A DNA stretch of 64,000 nt from assembly GCA_964016885.1 (NCBI GenBank), contig OZ024762.1:26536001-26600000 (forward strand). Reading direction: 5' to 3'. The notes under the pieces are model-generated. The model had not been told where the DNA came from. It worked only from the letters and a program-made list of their open reading frames with translations, and searched no databases. Source of the stretch: Eledone cirrhosa (taxonomy: Eukaryota). Shown here piece by piece: positions 1 to 11,511 of the stretch; position 1 is the stretch's first letter, and every line of letters starts with the position of its first letter. Both the position numbers and the translations under genes were made by a program.

Positions 1-237
1 GGTGGTAGTAGTAATAGTAGTAGTAGTAGTGGTGGTGGTGGTGGTGGTTGTGGTAGTAGTAGTAGCAGTAGAAGTAGTAATAGTAGTAGTTGTTGTAGTA
101 GTAGCAGTAATAGTAGTAGTAACAGTAAAGTAGTAACAGCAGCACAGTAGCAGCAGTATTAGTAGTAGTAGTAACAGTAGTAGTAGCAGCAGCAGCAATA
201 GTAGTAGTAGTAGTAGTAGTAGTAGTAACAGCAATAT

Positions 238-285
<48 letters not shown>

Positions 286-315
286 CAGCAGAAGTAGCAG
301 CAGCAGCAGCAGCAG

Positions 316-381
<66 letters not shown>

Positions 382-406
382 CAGAGCAGCAGTAGTAGTG
401 GTTGTG

Positions 407-441
<35 letters not shown>
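1..441. repeat. Compound (TAG)n/(CAG)n/(GTG)n trinucleotide microsatellite
   Basis: Directly visible repeats. Confidence 0.95.
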
Positions 442-631
442 TCTTGTTAATATTATTGTTCCAACTGCTAAAGTCATTTGTTTCCCTGCCATTGTTGTAA
501 TTGATTTGATTTTATTCTTTTTTTTTCTTATGTTCTTTTGTAATTGTTGTTGTGTTTTTTGCTATTTTCTTCCTTTTCTTTTCTTCATATATCAACTGGA
601 GGTAATACAGAAATGACTTTCAAATTGATAT

Positions 632-696
632 CGACATACACACAAACACACACGCACACACACATACACACACACACATATATATATATTTATATA

Positions 697-765
<69 letters not shown>

Positions 766-892
766 ATATATATATATATATACACATATATATATAAATA
801 TAAAATGTGTATATGCTTGTGTGTGTTTGTGTGTCTATATAAATGCATATGTATCAATATATATTTATGTACGCTTTGTGCATATATATATA

Positions 893-937
<45 letters not shown>

Positions 938-1752
938 GACTTAAAAAATATATATGTATATATATATGTGTATATATATATATATACATATGTATATATA
1001 TATATATATATATATATGCACAAATCGTACATAAATATATATTGATACATATGCATTTATATAGACACACAAACACAGACAAGCATATACACACATAAGC
1101 ACACACACACACACAAACACACACAAGCATATACGCACAAAAGCACACACACACATTCACACACACATACACACACACATATATATATATGTACATATAT
1201 ATATATATGTACATATATATATATACGTGGGTGTATGTGTGTGAGTGTATGTGTATGTTTGTGCGTGTGAGTGTGTGTTAGTGAGTGTGTGTTTGTGTGT
1301 ATACTCAATGCAAAGTGTTGCATATATATCAATATTTGTTGGTGTACGTTTTGTGTATATATATACGCATGTTAGAATGTATGTATATATACCTGAGTAA
1401 ATATGCGTGTGTATGTGTGTGAGTGTGTGTATGTGTGTGTGTATGTGTGTGTGTGTGTTTGAGTGTTTGTGTGTGTGGATGTGTGTGGTTGTGTGTGTGT
1501 GTATGTGTGTATGTGTGTGTTTCTGTGTGCTTGAGTGTTTTGTGTGTGTGTGTGCGTATGTGTGTGTATGCGTGAGTGTGTGTGTGTATGTGTGCGTGTG
1601 TGTGTGTTTGTGTGTGTGTGTCTGTGTATAATCCCTTCGAGAATGGAGAGGGGAAAAACCTAACATAAAAGAGATAGGAAGATTTAAAATATTCGTTCGA
1701 ATGATAGGGAGAGAGATCAAACAAATATTGCATTCTGGCACACACACACACA

Positions 1753-1808
<56 letters not shown>

Positions 1809-1858
1809 ACACCACACATTTACACCCACACATACTCACTCAAATACACACATATATA
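632..1858. repeat. Compound (CA)n/(TA)n/(GT)n dinucleotide low-complexity region
   Basis: Directly visible; explains the YIYI/THTH/VCVC pseudo-ORFs. Confidence 0.95.
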
Positions 1859-2222
1859 AAGCGTGTTGTATTTTGTTTGAACCATTGTGTTAAGTTTAAA
1901 ATTATTGCGAGCTTTATAAGACATTAAATGATAAAAAGATTTCCGACTTTTACTCTCAGAGTTCTTTCATAGACCTTACTATTTCGGGATCAATCCCCTC
2001 CTCAAAAATAGAATTGAGTGAAGTAACTTACAGCAGGACATGTTATGTCGTTCCTATGCAGGCTCTTTTTATAACCAGAAAAAAATATTCGTCACTTATC
2101 TTATATATAATAATTCAAATGTAACATTCATTTTGCCGCAGTTTTCTAATATGATACACTATTTCTACACACACTCACACATAGAAATACATTTATATAG
2201 GTTACATACACACATACATATA

Positions 2223-2302
<80 letters not shown>

Positions 2303-2449
2303 TACATGCGTGTGAATGTGCGTGTGTAATTACATATGTCTTTAAATATAGCACCCTCCTATATATATATATATATATAAATGGCTTCTACAGGACTAGA
2401 ACTGTTTCATTCGGAGGTAAGATACATACGTGCACATACAATGGACATC

Positions 2450-2483
<34 letters not shown>

Positions 2484-2595
2484 TTGAAAAAAAATGAAAA
2501 CGAAATTTCATTTCTCACTCTTAGTATGGCACTTACTTAAATGTAAGTATGTATGTATACGTACATACATATATGTATACAGACGTACAGTAGCA

Positions 2596-2693
<98 letters not shown>

Positions 2694-2863
2694 TATACAC
2701 ATATGCATACAGGTACACATACATATATGCACGCATCAGTTTAGCCGACGTTTATTATAACGCCTGCTTTGTTCGTTTGTTTGTCAACAAATCGAACAGC
2801 CTGAATTTATGCCATACGGTGTTAAGGCAACCACGTCACCTTTTTGTTCAACACTTACACAGG

Positions 2864-2908
2864 AACGATGTACTAGTTTCAAGCTTGTTAGCTATCATCA
2901 CCACCGTT
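2864..2908 (-). ncRNA. Minimal type I hammerhead ribozyme, core mutated (GUGAUGA)
   Basis: Same as the 3402-3446 copy except C3 is changed to G. Confidence 0.65.
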
Positions 2909-3143
2909 TACCCATCTGCCAGATAGTTGAACGTTCGAAAGTATATACTTTCCTTATGAAAATTAACGGCTGAGCAGCCTAATTTGCATATTGAGTGAGT
3001 TAAATCGGTCAGGCATACCGAAAACGATAAGTTGAAATAAAATGAAAACGAAATTTCATTTCTCACTCTTAGTATGGCACTTACTTAAATGTAAGTATGT
3101 ATGTATACGTACATACATATATGTATACAGACGTACAGTAGCA

Positions 3144-3231
<88 letters not shown>

Positions 3232-3401
3232 TATACACATATGCATACAGGTACACATACATATATGCACGCATCAGTTTAGCCGACGTTTATTATAACG
3301 CCTGCTTTGTTCGTTTGTTTGTCAACAAATCGAACAGCCTGAATTTATGCCATACGGTGTTAAGGCAACCACGTCACCTTTTTGTTCAACACTGACACAG
3401 G

Positions 3402-3446
3402 AACGATGTACTAGTTTCAAGCTTGTTAGCTATCATCAGCACCGTT
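3402..3446 (-). ncRNA. Minimal type I hammerhead ribozyme
   Basis: Minus strand reads AACGGTG CTGATGA TAGCTAACAAGCTT GAAA CTAG TA CATCGTT: 7-bp stem I, intact core, stem II AGCT/AGCT, palindromic stem III ACTAGT, UA cleavage site. Confidence 0.85.
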
Positions 3447-3682
3447 TACCCATCTGCCAGATAGTTGAACGTTCGAAAGTATATACTTTCCTTATGAAAA
3501 TTAACGGCTGAGCAGCCTAATTTGCGTATTGTGTGAGTTAAATCGCTCAGGCATACCGAAAACGATAAGTTGAAAAAAAATGAAAACGAAATTTCATTTC
3601 TCACTCTTAGTATGGCACTTACTTAAATGTAAGTATGTATGTATACGTACATACATATATGTATACAGACGTACAGTAGCAA

Positions 3683-3725
<43 letters not shown>

Positions 3726-3963
3726 TATACACATATGCATACAGGTACACATACATATATGCACGCATCAGTTTAGCCGACGTTTATTATATCGCCACAT
3801 GTATATCTAATCACACGTACGTACGCGACTATATATATATATATATATATATACATACACACCCATACATACATATACATATACATATATATACATATAC
3901 ATATACATTCACCCACATACACACACACGTATAAATAAGTATGTAAAAAACATAGATATAAAA

Positions 3964-4000
<37 letters not shown>

Positions 4001-4389
4001 CGTACGCACGCACACATACGGAGGCGTTCGTATACATATACAGAACGTATACACACATATGCACACTCACACGCATAGATACAAATTATAAATAAATGAG
4101 TACAAATTATGAATAAATGAGTACAAATATAAAATCGGCTGCGAAACAACAGAATATATCAGGAGACGAAAACGCAAGTGACAGCGATATGAGGTAGTGA
4201 AAGAAAATGGGGAAGTAAAGTGTGGAATGTGAAAATATTAGGTAAGTGAATCAAAAAGTAGGGGGGGGGGGTCACTGGTGAGTGTGAAGTGAAAAAAAAA
4301 ATTAAATTAAAAATAAAGTTAAAAATGAAAGTAAATCAGAAAGAGAAGTCTGTAAAGAGGATAATTTAAGGAAAGTGAAGAACAAGAGT

Positions 4390-5462
4390 TTATGGAGGAT
4401 AAGTATCTGAAAGTGAGTTAAGTTTATATGAGCTGGAAAGTAAGTGTGATTTCATGTGTTGGCAACTGGTGAAAATTTCTGTTTTTGCGTTTAGGCAGGT
4501 TTTTGGTGATTTAAGGTTCTGTAAAATCCAATATTTTTCACTTATGCAGAGTGTGCATCTTCTTGTTCCTCTGGCATATTCTTTAGATTGGTTCAAAATT
4601 GCCCAATCCAATTTATATTGGATACCTTGGTCTTTCTGCTAGCCAGAGCTGTTGTGAATCTTTTTTCTGGATGTCGGAAAGATGCGACATGTGAGTAATA
4701 TAACGCGTTTTGAATTTGTCTTGTGTCATACCCACATGTCGTTTGCTGGTGGCTGGTAGGTTGTTGCTGATGGTTGTCACTTTAGCTGCTTATACAATGG
4801 CTTTGGTGTTGCATTTACCGTGTAATGGGCATTCACTTTTAACTCTACAGGAGCAATTTTGATGTTCTCTGGGTGTTTTCTTATTGATGATATAAGAAAT
4901 AATAGGGGGACCGCAGGAGTAGCTGATTTTGACACAGTTTCTATTGAAGATCTTATAGTATCTATGTGTTCTAGGGAAATGTTTATCTAAGAGCTCTAGA
5001 ATTTGTTGCCTACATTAGTTTTAACTGCTAAAGAGTAGGGGGTGTTAACCAGATTATTTTTCTTTTCCTGTGATTATGTTTAAAGGAGTTAGTATTGTTG
5101 GGTATGTACTTAATCGGTTCGCTAAATCCCCTATGTTGGAGGGCTTTATTATAGTAGGGGGATGCCTTATTGAAAATATCTTCTGAGGAAGAGAGGGTGG
5201 AGATCCTACGGCTAATATTAGGATAAGGTTTTTTTATATATTTTAAATTTTCATTAGGTTTATGGTACGGTTTATCAGAAGCAGTAGGCAGATCTAGGTT
5301 TATATCTAGAAAATTAACATGAGAAAGGATAGTGTCAATGGTAATTTTAAGATTAAAACTAGCGAAGGTTTTTATTAAGTCTTTCCTTAATCTATCTAAG
5401 TTATGGCCTATGGTGGTATGGGAAAGTATTAGACCATCGTCGCGGTAAAGCCCGTTAAACAC
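4390..5462 (-). mobile_element. Penelope-like retroelement fragment (RT C-terminus + GIY-YIG endonuclease), frameshifted
   Basis: GLYRDDGL, VNFLDINLDL, KPYHKPN, out-of-frame KHFPRTHRYYKIFNRNCVKISYSC, CSCRVKSECPLHGKC and C-terminal CTLCISEK...LNAKTEIFTSCQH match PLE motifs. Confidence 0.85.
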
Positions 5463-5683
5463 TTGCCTTTCTTGAGGAGATTTTTCAAATATATCACTAT
5501 ATTTTAAATTTCCTTGTCCGATGAACGAATGAGGACGTTTTTCGTATTCGTCTTATTTGGGAAAAGTCTGTTAATGAGGTAATTATATTGTATTATTTAT
5601 TATACATTAAATTTAGCTCTGCTACTTACATAGAGCATTCTTCACTACTATGACATTTTCAATTTTCAACGGAAACTTCAATA

Positions 5684-5739
<56 letters not shown>

Positions 5740-6018
5740 AGAAATCGTCTCTTCGACAATAATAGATAATTACTTGTTTCAATAACCGGACTGCAATCAT
5801 GCTCAGGCACTGGCATAAAATGAAGGGCTTTATTCTATCATATTAGCCCCAGTATTTTCTTTTTCTCAAGGTAGGTACTTTGTTTGTCGCTCACTTGTTT
5901 CCTAAGCCTAAGTTACGGGATATATATATAAAAATAGGAGACTTACATTCAAACATGTCCACACACATATAACCACATGCACACACACACATACACGCAC
6001 ACGCACACAGACACACAG

Positions 6019-6093
<75 letters not shown>

Positions 6094-6117
6094 TGTGTGT
6101 GTGTGTATATTTATATA

Positions 6118-6327
<210 letters not shown>

Positions 6328-6342
6328 AAGAGAGAGAGACAG

Positions 6343-6425
<83 letters not shown>

Positions 6426-6429
6426 TCTA

Positions 6430-6775
6430 TAGAAATTTCGTATTTCTAAAAAAACACGGTATGTTTACAGGGTTTTTCTATTCTATTGTAATTTGTGCCA
6501 ACTTATGCAGCTTCATATGCAAATGAGATTAATCACCTCATTTGCACAGACGAGAAAACTGTATATTCTCGACTGTTCACAAGTCCAGCAGTTGCAAGCG
6601 TGTGAGGGACCGTCCTGATGAAGACCAGTCAAGTCTGAAATGCATAGACGGTTCCCCGCCTTGCTTCTGCTGCACACGACCAGAGGGCGTTATCCCCGGT
6701 GTTTGCATAGCTATGGCTTCCTCGATGTTTTACCCTGTAAAGATACCGTGTTTCTTTAGAAATACCAAATGTTTA
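6430..6775 (+). mobile_element. Short element with ~45-bp imperfect terminal inverted repeats enclosing an octamer and a hammerhead (PLE pLTR/retrozyme-like)
   Basis: 6430-6473 gtatttctaaaaaaacacggtatgtttacagggt is the near reverse complement of 6731-6775; lies between microsatellites. Confidence 0.7.
6606..6655 (+). ncRNA. Minimal type I hammerhead ribozyme
   Basis: GGGACCGTC CTGATGA AGAC-cagtcaa-GTCT GAAA TGCA TA GACGGTTCC: 9-bp stem I with one GU, intact core, 4-bp stem II, palindromic stem III. Confidence 0.9.
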
Positions 6776-6802
6776 AAGCTAAATAATATTTCTATTATAT
6801 AT

Positions 6803-7002
6803 ATAGGAAAATGTTTAACTCCGACGACAGAGCTCAAGCCGTTTCGACGGCTATTTCCGGACGAGCCAGATATAGCCGTCGAAACGGCTTGAGCTCTGCC
6901 GTCGGGGTTAAACATTTTCCTATTACCCACTCTACTACACTAAGTATTGAGTACTCTATTGCGCTATGGTCCATCTGGTTCCTTACCACACTTCCTTCGT
7001 TA
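6803..7002. mobile_element. Fold-back hairpin + tail element (family G), copy 1
   Basis: ~120-bp hairpin 6803-6923 followed by an ~80-bp tail; homologous to 7061-7181, 14419-14585, 38585-38780, 38801-38992 and 44599-44995. Confidence 0.8.
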
Positions 7003-7006
7003 TATG

Positions 7007-7060
<54 letters not shown>

Positions 7061-7062
<2 letters not shown>

Positions 7063-7179
7063 AACAAGTATGACCCCGACAGCAGAGTTGAAGCCGTCTT
7101 GACGGCTAATTCTGGACTGAATTAGCCGTCTAGAATTGATGCGTTATGGTCCATCTGGTTCCTTACCACATTTCCTTCG

Positions 7180-7181
<2 letters not shown>
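7061..7181. mobile_element. Family G element, internally deleted copy
   Basis: Left arm and central GACGGCTAATT..AATTAGCCGTC stem joined directly to the tail tatggtccatctggttccttaccaca. Confidence 0.7.
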
Positions 7182-7216
<35 letters not shown>

Positions 7217-7217
<1 letters not shown>

Positions 7218-8851
7218 ACAAACCCTACAGGCAGAAATTTGGGACCGCTATGGGAACGAAAACAGCCCCCACTTATGCCAACCTAGTCATGGGATACCTG
7301 GAAATCACCCTCTACACTAAAGTCCTAAACAAATTTGGAAACACTCTCCACTTACACATAGAAAGGAACTGGAAGCGATATCTAGATGACTGCTTCATCC
7401 TTTGGCACGAAAACATCGAGAAACTTAAAGAATTTCACACCCTTATAAATGGGCTCAACACGAATATTAACTTCACGATGGAATACAGCCATCAACAACT
7501 CCCCTTCCTCGACATCCTCATTAAGATCCATAACAAAAAAAATAGAAACAGACATATACTACAAGCCCACAGACTCCAAGCAATATCTTCCTTTCAACTC
7601 TTGCCACCCTAGACACGTTAAAATTAATATTCCCTACAACTTAGCCAAGAGAATCTGTACTATAATCTCCAATAAAAACACCTGCTACTTACGGCTACAA
7701 GAACTAATTGACAATGGAATCCAACGTGCCCTAAAATTCAGTACCCAGGACCTTAGACACCCCAAAGTAAATCAACCGAAACTAAAAGCTCTTCCATACA
7801 TCTCCACACACAACCCCCTCAACAATGAGGCCTTTGACACCATCCTCCAGAACATCCCTGTGTTGAAAAAGGACCATAGAATGAACCAAATCCTACGAAC
7901 ACACGATATCATAAAACATCCTAACACATGCCAAAGTACTGCCAACCACAACAACGAAACCCACAGTAAAAAAAATGCGATAGACCGAACTGTGGCATTT
8001 GCATCAACCTAATAGAGGGTTCGGAATTCTATTTCAAAGAATGACAACGTTTTATAGTAAAACACAATTTCACATGCGCATCAGAAAATCTAATATATGT
8101 ATTAACTTGCTCAGGTTGTCGAGAACAATACATAGGCCAGACCAAAAACAGCCTCCGCCAACGCATGACTGTCCATAGATCCCAAATTAAAATACGGGAA
8201 TACAGGAAACTACCAGTGAGTGAACACATTGATACCTGTGCCGCCCAAAATCATCCCAACTTCAGAATCTTTCCCATCTACAAATTTAAAGATAATACCA
8301 CCCACACTCAGCGCATCAGCAAGGAATCTTACTTTATTAACAAATACGGACCCCGTCTAAACACTTCTCCCTAAGACGAACCCACAACATAAACACGTCA
8401 ACATACATACCTACATCAGCATAATCTCTACTCACATATAAACACAATGACATACGCAACACAAATATACACAAATTTGCATACCTTTTGATGTCTATAG
8501 ATATAAACGTGCCGACACAAACCTACATTCACATGACTTCTACCGACCAATCAAAATTGTTTTGACCACAAGAATTTTTGCAACACGAATTGGCGCAAAA
8601 CTTATTTTAATACCGCTGGAGCCACTTTTTTAACATAAAAACAGGTAGAATTCACAAAACTAATCAGATCAAAGCAAACATCACGGACGCTCTATCTCAA
8701 AATTATTTTTGAAAAGCATTTAGAAATGCGCAACCGGTAAAACTTAAAACCAAAGCTGAATACTAACCAATACTATTAGTAATTTCACTTATTATTCCTA
8801 ATTAAACTATTTTTCACTGTGAACAATTTGTCAGCATTTTCTTTTCCGTTT

Positions 8852-8853
<2 letters not shown>
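7217..8853 (+). mobile_element. Penelope-like retroelement (Neptune/Naiad-type), 5'-truncated: RT, Cys linker, GIY-YIG, 3' pLTR
   Basis: GTAMGTKTAPTYANL, WKRYLDDCF, LPFLDI, YYKPTDSKQYL..CHP, CDRPNCGIC, NLIYVLTCSGCREQYIGQT; frameshifts and a stop; 3' part 8664-8853 matches the 14973-15364 palindrome; both ends in (TA)n. Confidence 0.9.
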
Positions 8854-8920
<67 letters not shown>

Positions 8921-9055
8921 AGAGAGAGAATATATATATATATATATAGAATATATATCTATATCTATATCTCTCTCTATATATATATATAGAATATTTT
9001 TTGTATTTATGCCTAAAAATATATATATGTGCGTGTGTATATATATATATATATT

Positions 9056-9120
<65 letters not shown>

Positions 9121-9257
9121 CTCACAGAGTTTCAGAATATCCTGTTAAGTGTGAAAGCACCGATTCTTTGCTTAAACGTTAATCTGTTACTTTAATAAAT
9201 ATATATAAATATTAAAATATAAATATTAATAAAATAGATGTTCTTTTGATCAATTAC

Positions 9258-9310
9258 ATTTTATTATACATATTTCGGATGTACAACAGTACGTCATCAT
9301 CAGACAAAAT
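9258..9310 (-). ncRNA. Minimal hammerhead (family H), stem II partly decayed
   Basis: ATTTTGT CTGATGA TGACGTAC-tgtt-GTACATCC GAAA TATGTA TA ATAAAAT. Confidence 0.7.
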
Positions 9311-9579
9311 ATAATGATACATGACATACCCTGAGATGTTAAATGGTTAAGATTTCATCGAGGTAGTGATTAACCCGAGAGAAAATTTTACTTATTACCT
9401 AATTATGAGAAAATGCGAAAACGTAATAAATTTATTAGAGAATGTGTGAGTAAGAAAAAACGTTGCTTACTGTAACCGTTCTAAAAGTTTTTAAAATGTA
9501 TGATACTACTTCTTTGACATAATCATTGAATATCGTTTAACACTTTAATATATATATATAAATATATATATATATAAAT

Positions 9580-10325
9580 ATAGCACCCATCCGCCATCTG
9601 AGTGAGTTTCTTGGTCAGTGTCCAAGTCTCAGACCCATACAGCAGCACAGACTCCACTACAGCAATGAAGAGGCGGATTTTCAGGTCTCTACGAAGGTCC
9701 GGCTTCCACACCGATCTCAAGCTGTGGCACGCCTCCCAGGCCTTGCTCTTCCTCTCAACCACATCATCTTCCGTATTCCCAATCTTTGCTCCCAAATACA
9801 GGAAGCCCTCAACCAATTCTAGCGGCTTCCTTCCTACATTAGTGATCCCCTCTGGCTTCTCAACATTCTCTACCAGATATTTTGTTTTAGTCTCATTCAT
9901 TCTCAGCCCCACACTCATCGACATAGTCTCAACCTCCCGCATCAAATCCTCTGCCTCCTTCGCTGTATTTGACACCAAAACGAGAATGCTGAGGATGGCT
10001 CTCAACATTAATCAGTATACACTGAGGATGAAAAACTCAGAGCTGTATGGGAGCATCCCAAAAGTCAGCTCAAAAGTGACACAGACGAGACTGAGGTTAG
10101 CTGGACATGTTCACCGACATCCAGAGTTGACATTGCACTCAGTGCTCCTTTGGGAGCCACTACATGGACACACTAGAAGAGGAAGACCAAGGTTAACGTA
10201 TGTTGATGCCCTAAGGACAGACACTGGTCTGTTGGAGACGCAGGACATGGCAGCAATAATGAGGGACAGAGACCGCTGGAGAGAACTCGTCCATGGATGT
10301 CGGGAATTTTACCCGCCTTAGAAAA
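9580..10325 (+). mobile_element. RTE-clade LINE 3' fragment with inverted 5' part
   Basis: Minus 9580-9978 encodes GLRMNETKTK, FLYLG and SVLLYGSETWTLT...DGCY; plus 9980-10321 continues TRMLR...RLRLAGHVHR...RRGRPRLTY. Confidence 0.88.
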
Positions 10326-10344
10326 TAGAATATATATATGTATA

Positions 10345-11015
10345 TATGAATGAAAAATAGAGCAAGAAACCAGGACTATCCATCATCAGTGATCTTCTGA
10401 CTATCATCGGTATTTCTTCGCATTAAAGTAAGAGGTACAAGGAGCGAGAAGGGGGAGTATCACATTCGCAACAACGCAGCACGCCATTTTTCATTCCTAT
10501 ATTTTTTCCCCTCGCCGCGATCTGTCTTTTTCTATCACCTTACTGCTGTCCTCTTTCTCTTTCCTCCTTCTCTCTCCTTGTACCTCTTACTTTCATTCAG
10601 CCCCTCTGCTGGCCACACTCTCTCGGCTGGCCTCTTCCTCACACTTTCACTCACCCACTCTCTGCTACTCCCCTCTCTCACTTCCTCCCGCCTGACCTGT
10701 GTGAAATCATTTTCTCGCTTACATTTCGCAGGGTTGGGACGCGTCCTTCGTCTTCTCGTCAATGATTTGCTAGAAGTTAAGTTCACATGTATCACTGACT
10801 TGTTTTCTCATTTTCCTCCCTTTAAGTTGCCTTACCATTTTTGTTTGTTTACATGTCTCTCTTTCTCTACCCAATTTTTTTTTATCCCAATAACTTATTT
10901 AATTATTGCTCGTGCTGGCTCTGAGGTATCTGGTCTTTAATGCGAAGAAATACCGATGATTGTCAGAAGATCACTGATGACGGATAGTCCTGGTTTCTTG
11001 CTCTATTTTTCATTC

Positions 11016-11020
<5 letters not shown>
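10345..11020. mobile_element. Element with ~80-bp terminal inverted repeats in (TA)n, with a nested inverted repeat
   Basis: 10350-10428 is the near reverse complement of 10936-11016; 10424-10457 also pairs with 10563-10593. Confidence 0.7.
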
Positions 11021-11087
<67 letters not shown>

Positions 11088-11391
11088 CGTTCTTCCACTG
11101 TAATTTATGGACAAGTAAGCTAAATATTATTCGTATATAATTGATTCTCATATACTCATTCTAACAGGAATGGAATATTCTGGTTAGAAAGGATAAATCA
11201 ATTAAATGATTTAATTTAAATCCTCGTTAATCTTTATTCTTTATGTATCTATACTCTTTGATACTGTAACACTACCGTGATTGGAAATTTGCCAGTTGGA
11301 TTGAACTCTAAACTGTCTTTTATATATCTTGTTGAAGATTATAAAATCCCATTTGAGCTTTAATCTGTTATTTGACTTCATATGGTTGTAT

Positions 11392-11479
<88 letters not shown>

Positions 11480-11511
11480 AAATGTAATCTGAGTTTTTCG
11501 AATATTAATAA

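Larger units (their letters stand above)
2481..3790 (-). mobile_element. Retrozyme-like tandem array 1 (~540-bp unit, ~2.4 copies, one hammerhead per full unit)
   Basis: Units start at 2481, 3029 and 3567 (aagttgaaa..atgaaaacgaaatttcatttctcactcttag); length varies mainly with an internal (TA)n; each full unit has an HHR motif on the minus strand. Confidence 0.8.

Noticed and set aside
1965-2010. Hammerhead-like TTGAGGA-GGGAT/ATCCC-GAAA on the minus strand
   Set aside because: C3 missing and no convincing stem I
398-3810. Numerous ORFs rich in YI, TH, VC, RE or LS dipeptides, here and throughout the window
   Set aside because: Translations of dinucleotide and trinucleotide microsatellites with no coding signal
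8042-8044. In-frame TGA in the PLE as possible selenocysteine (as in some Naiad elements); another TGA near 40220
   Set aside because: Not at a conserved Cys position, the copies are otherwise frameshifted, and I recognised no SECIS; most likely decay
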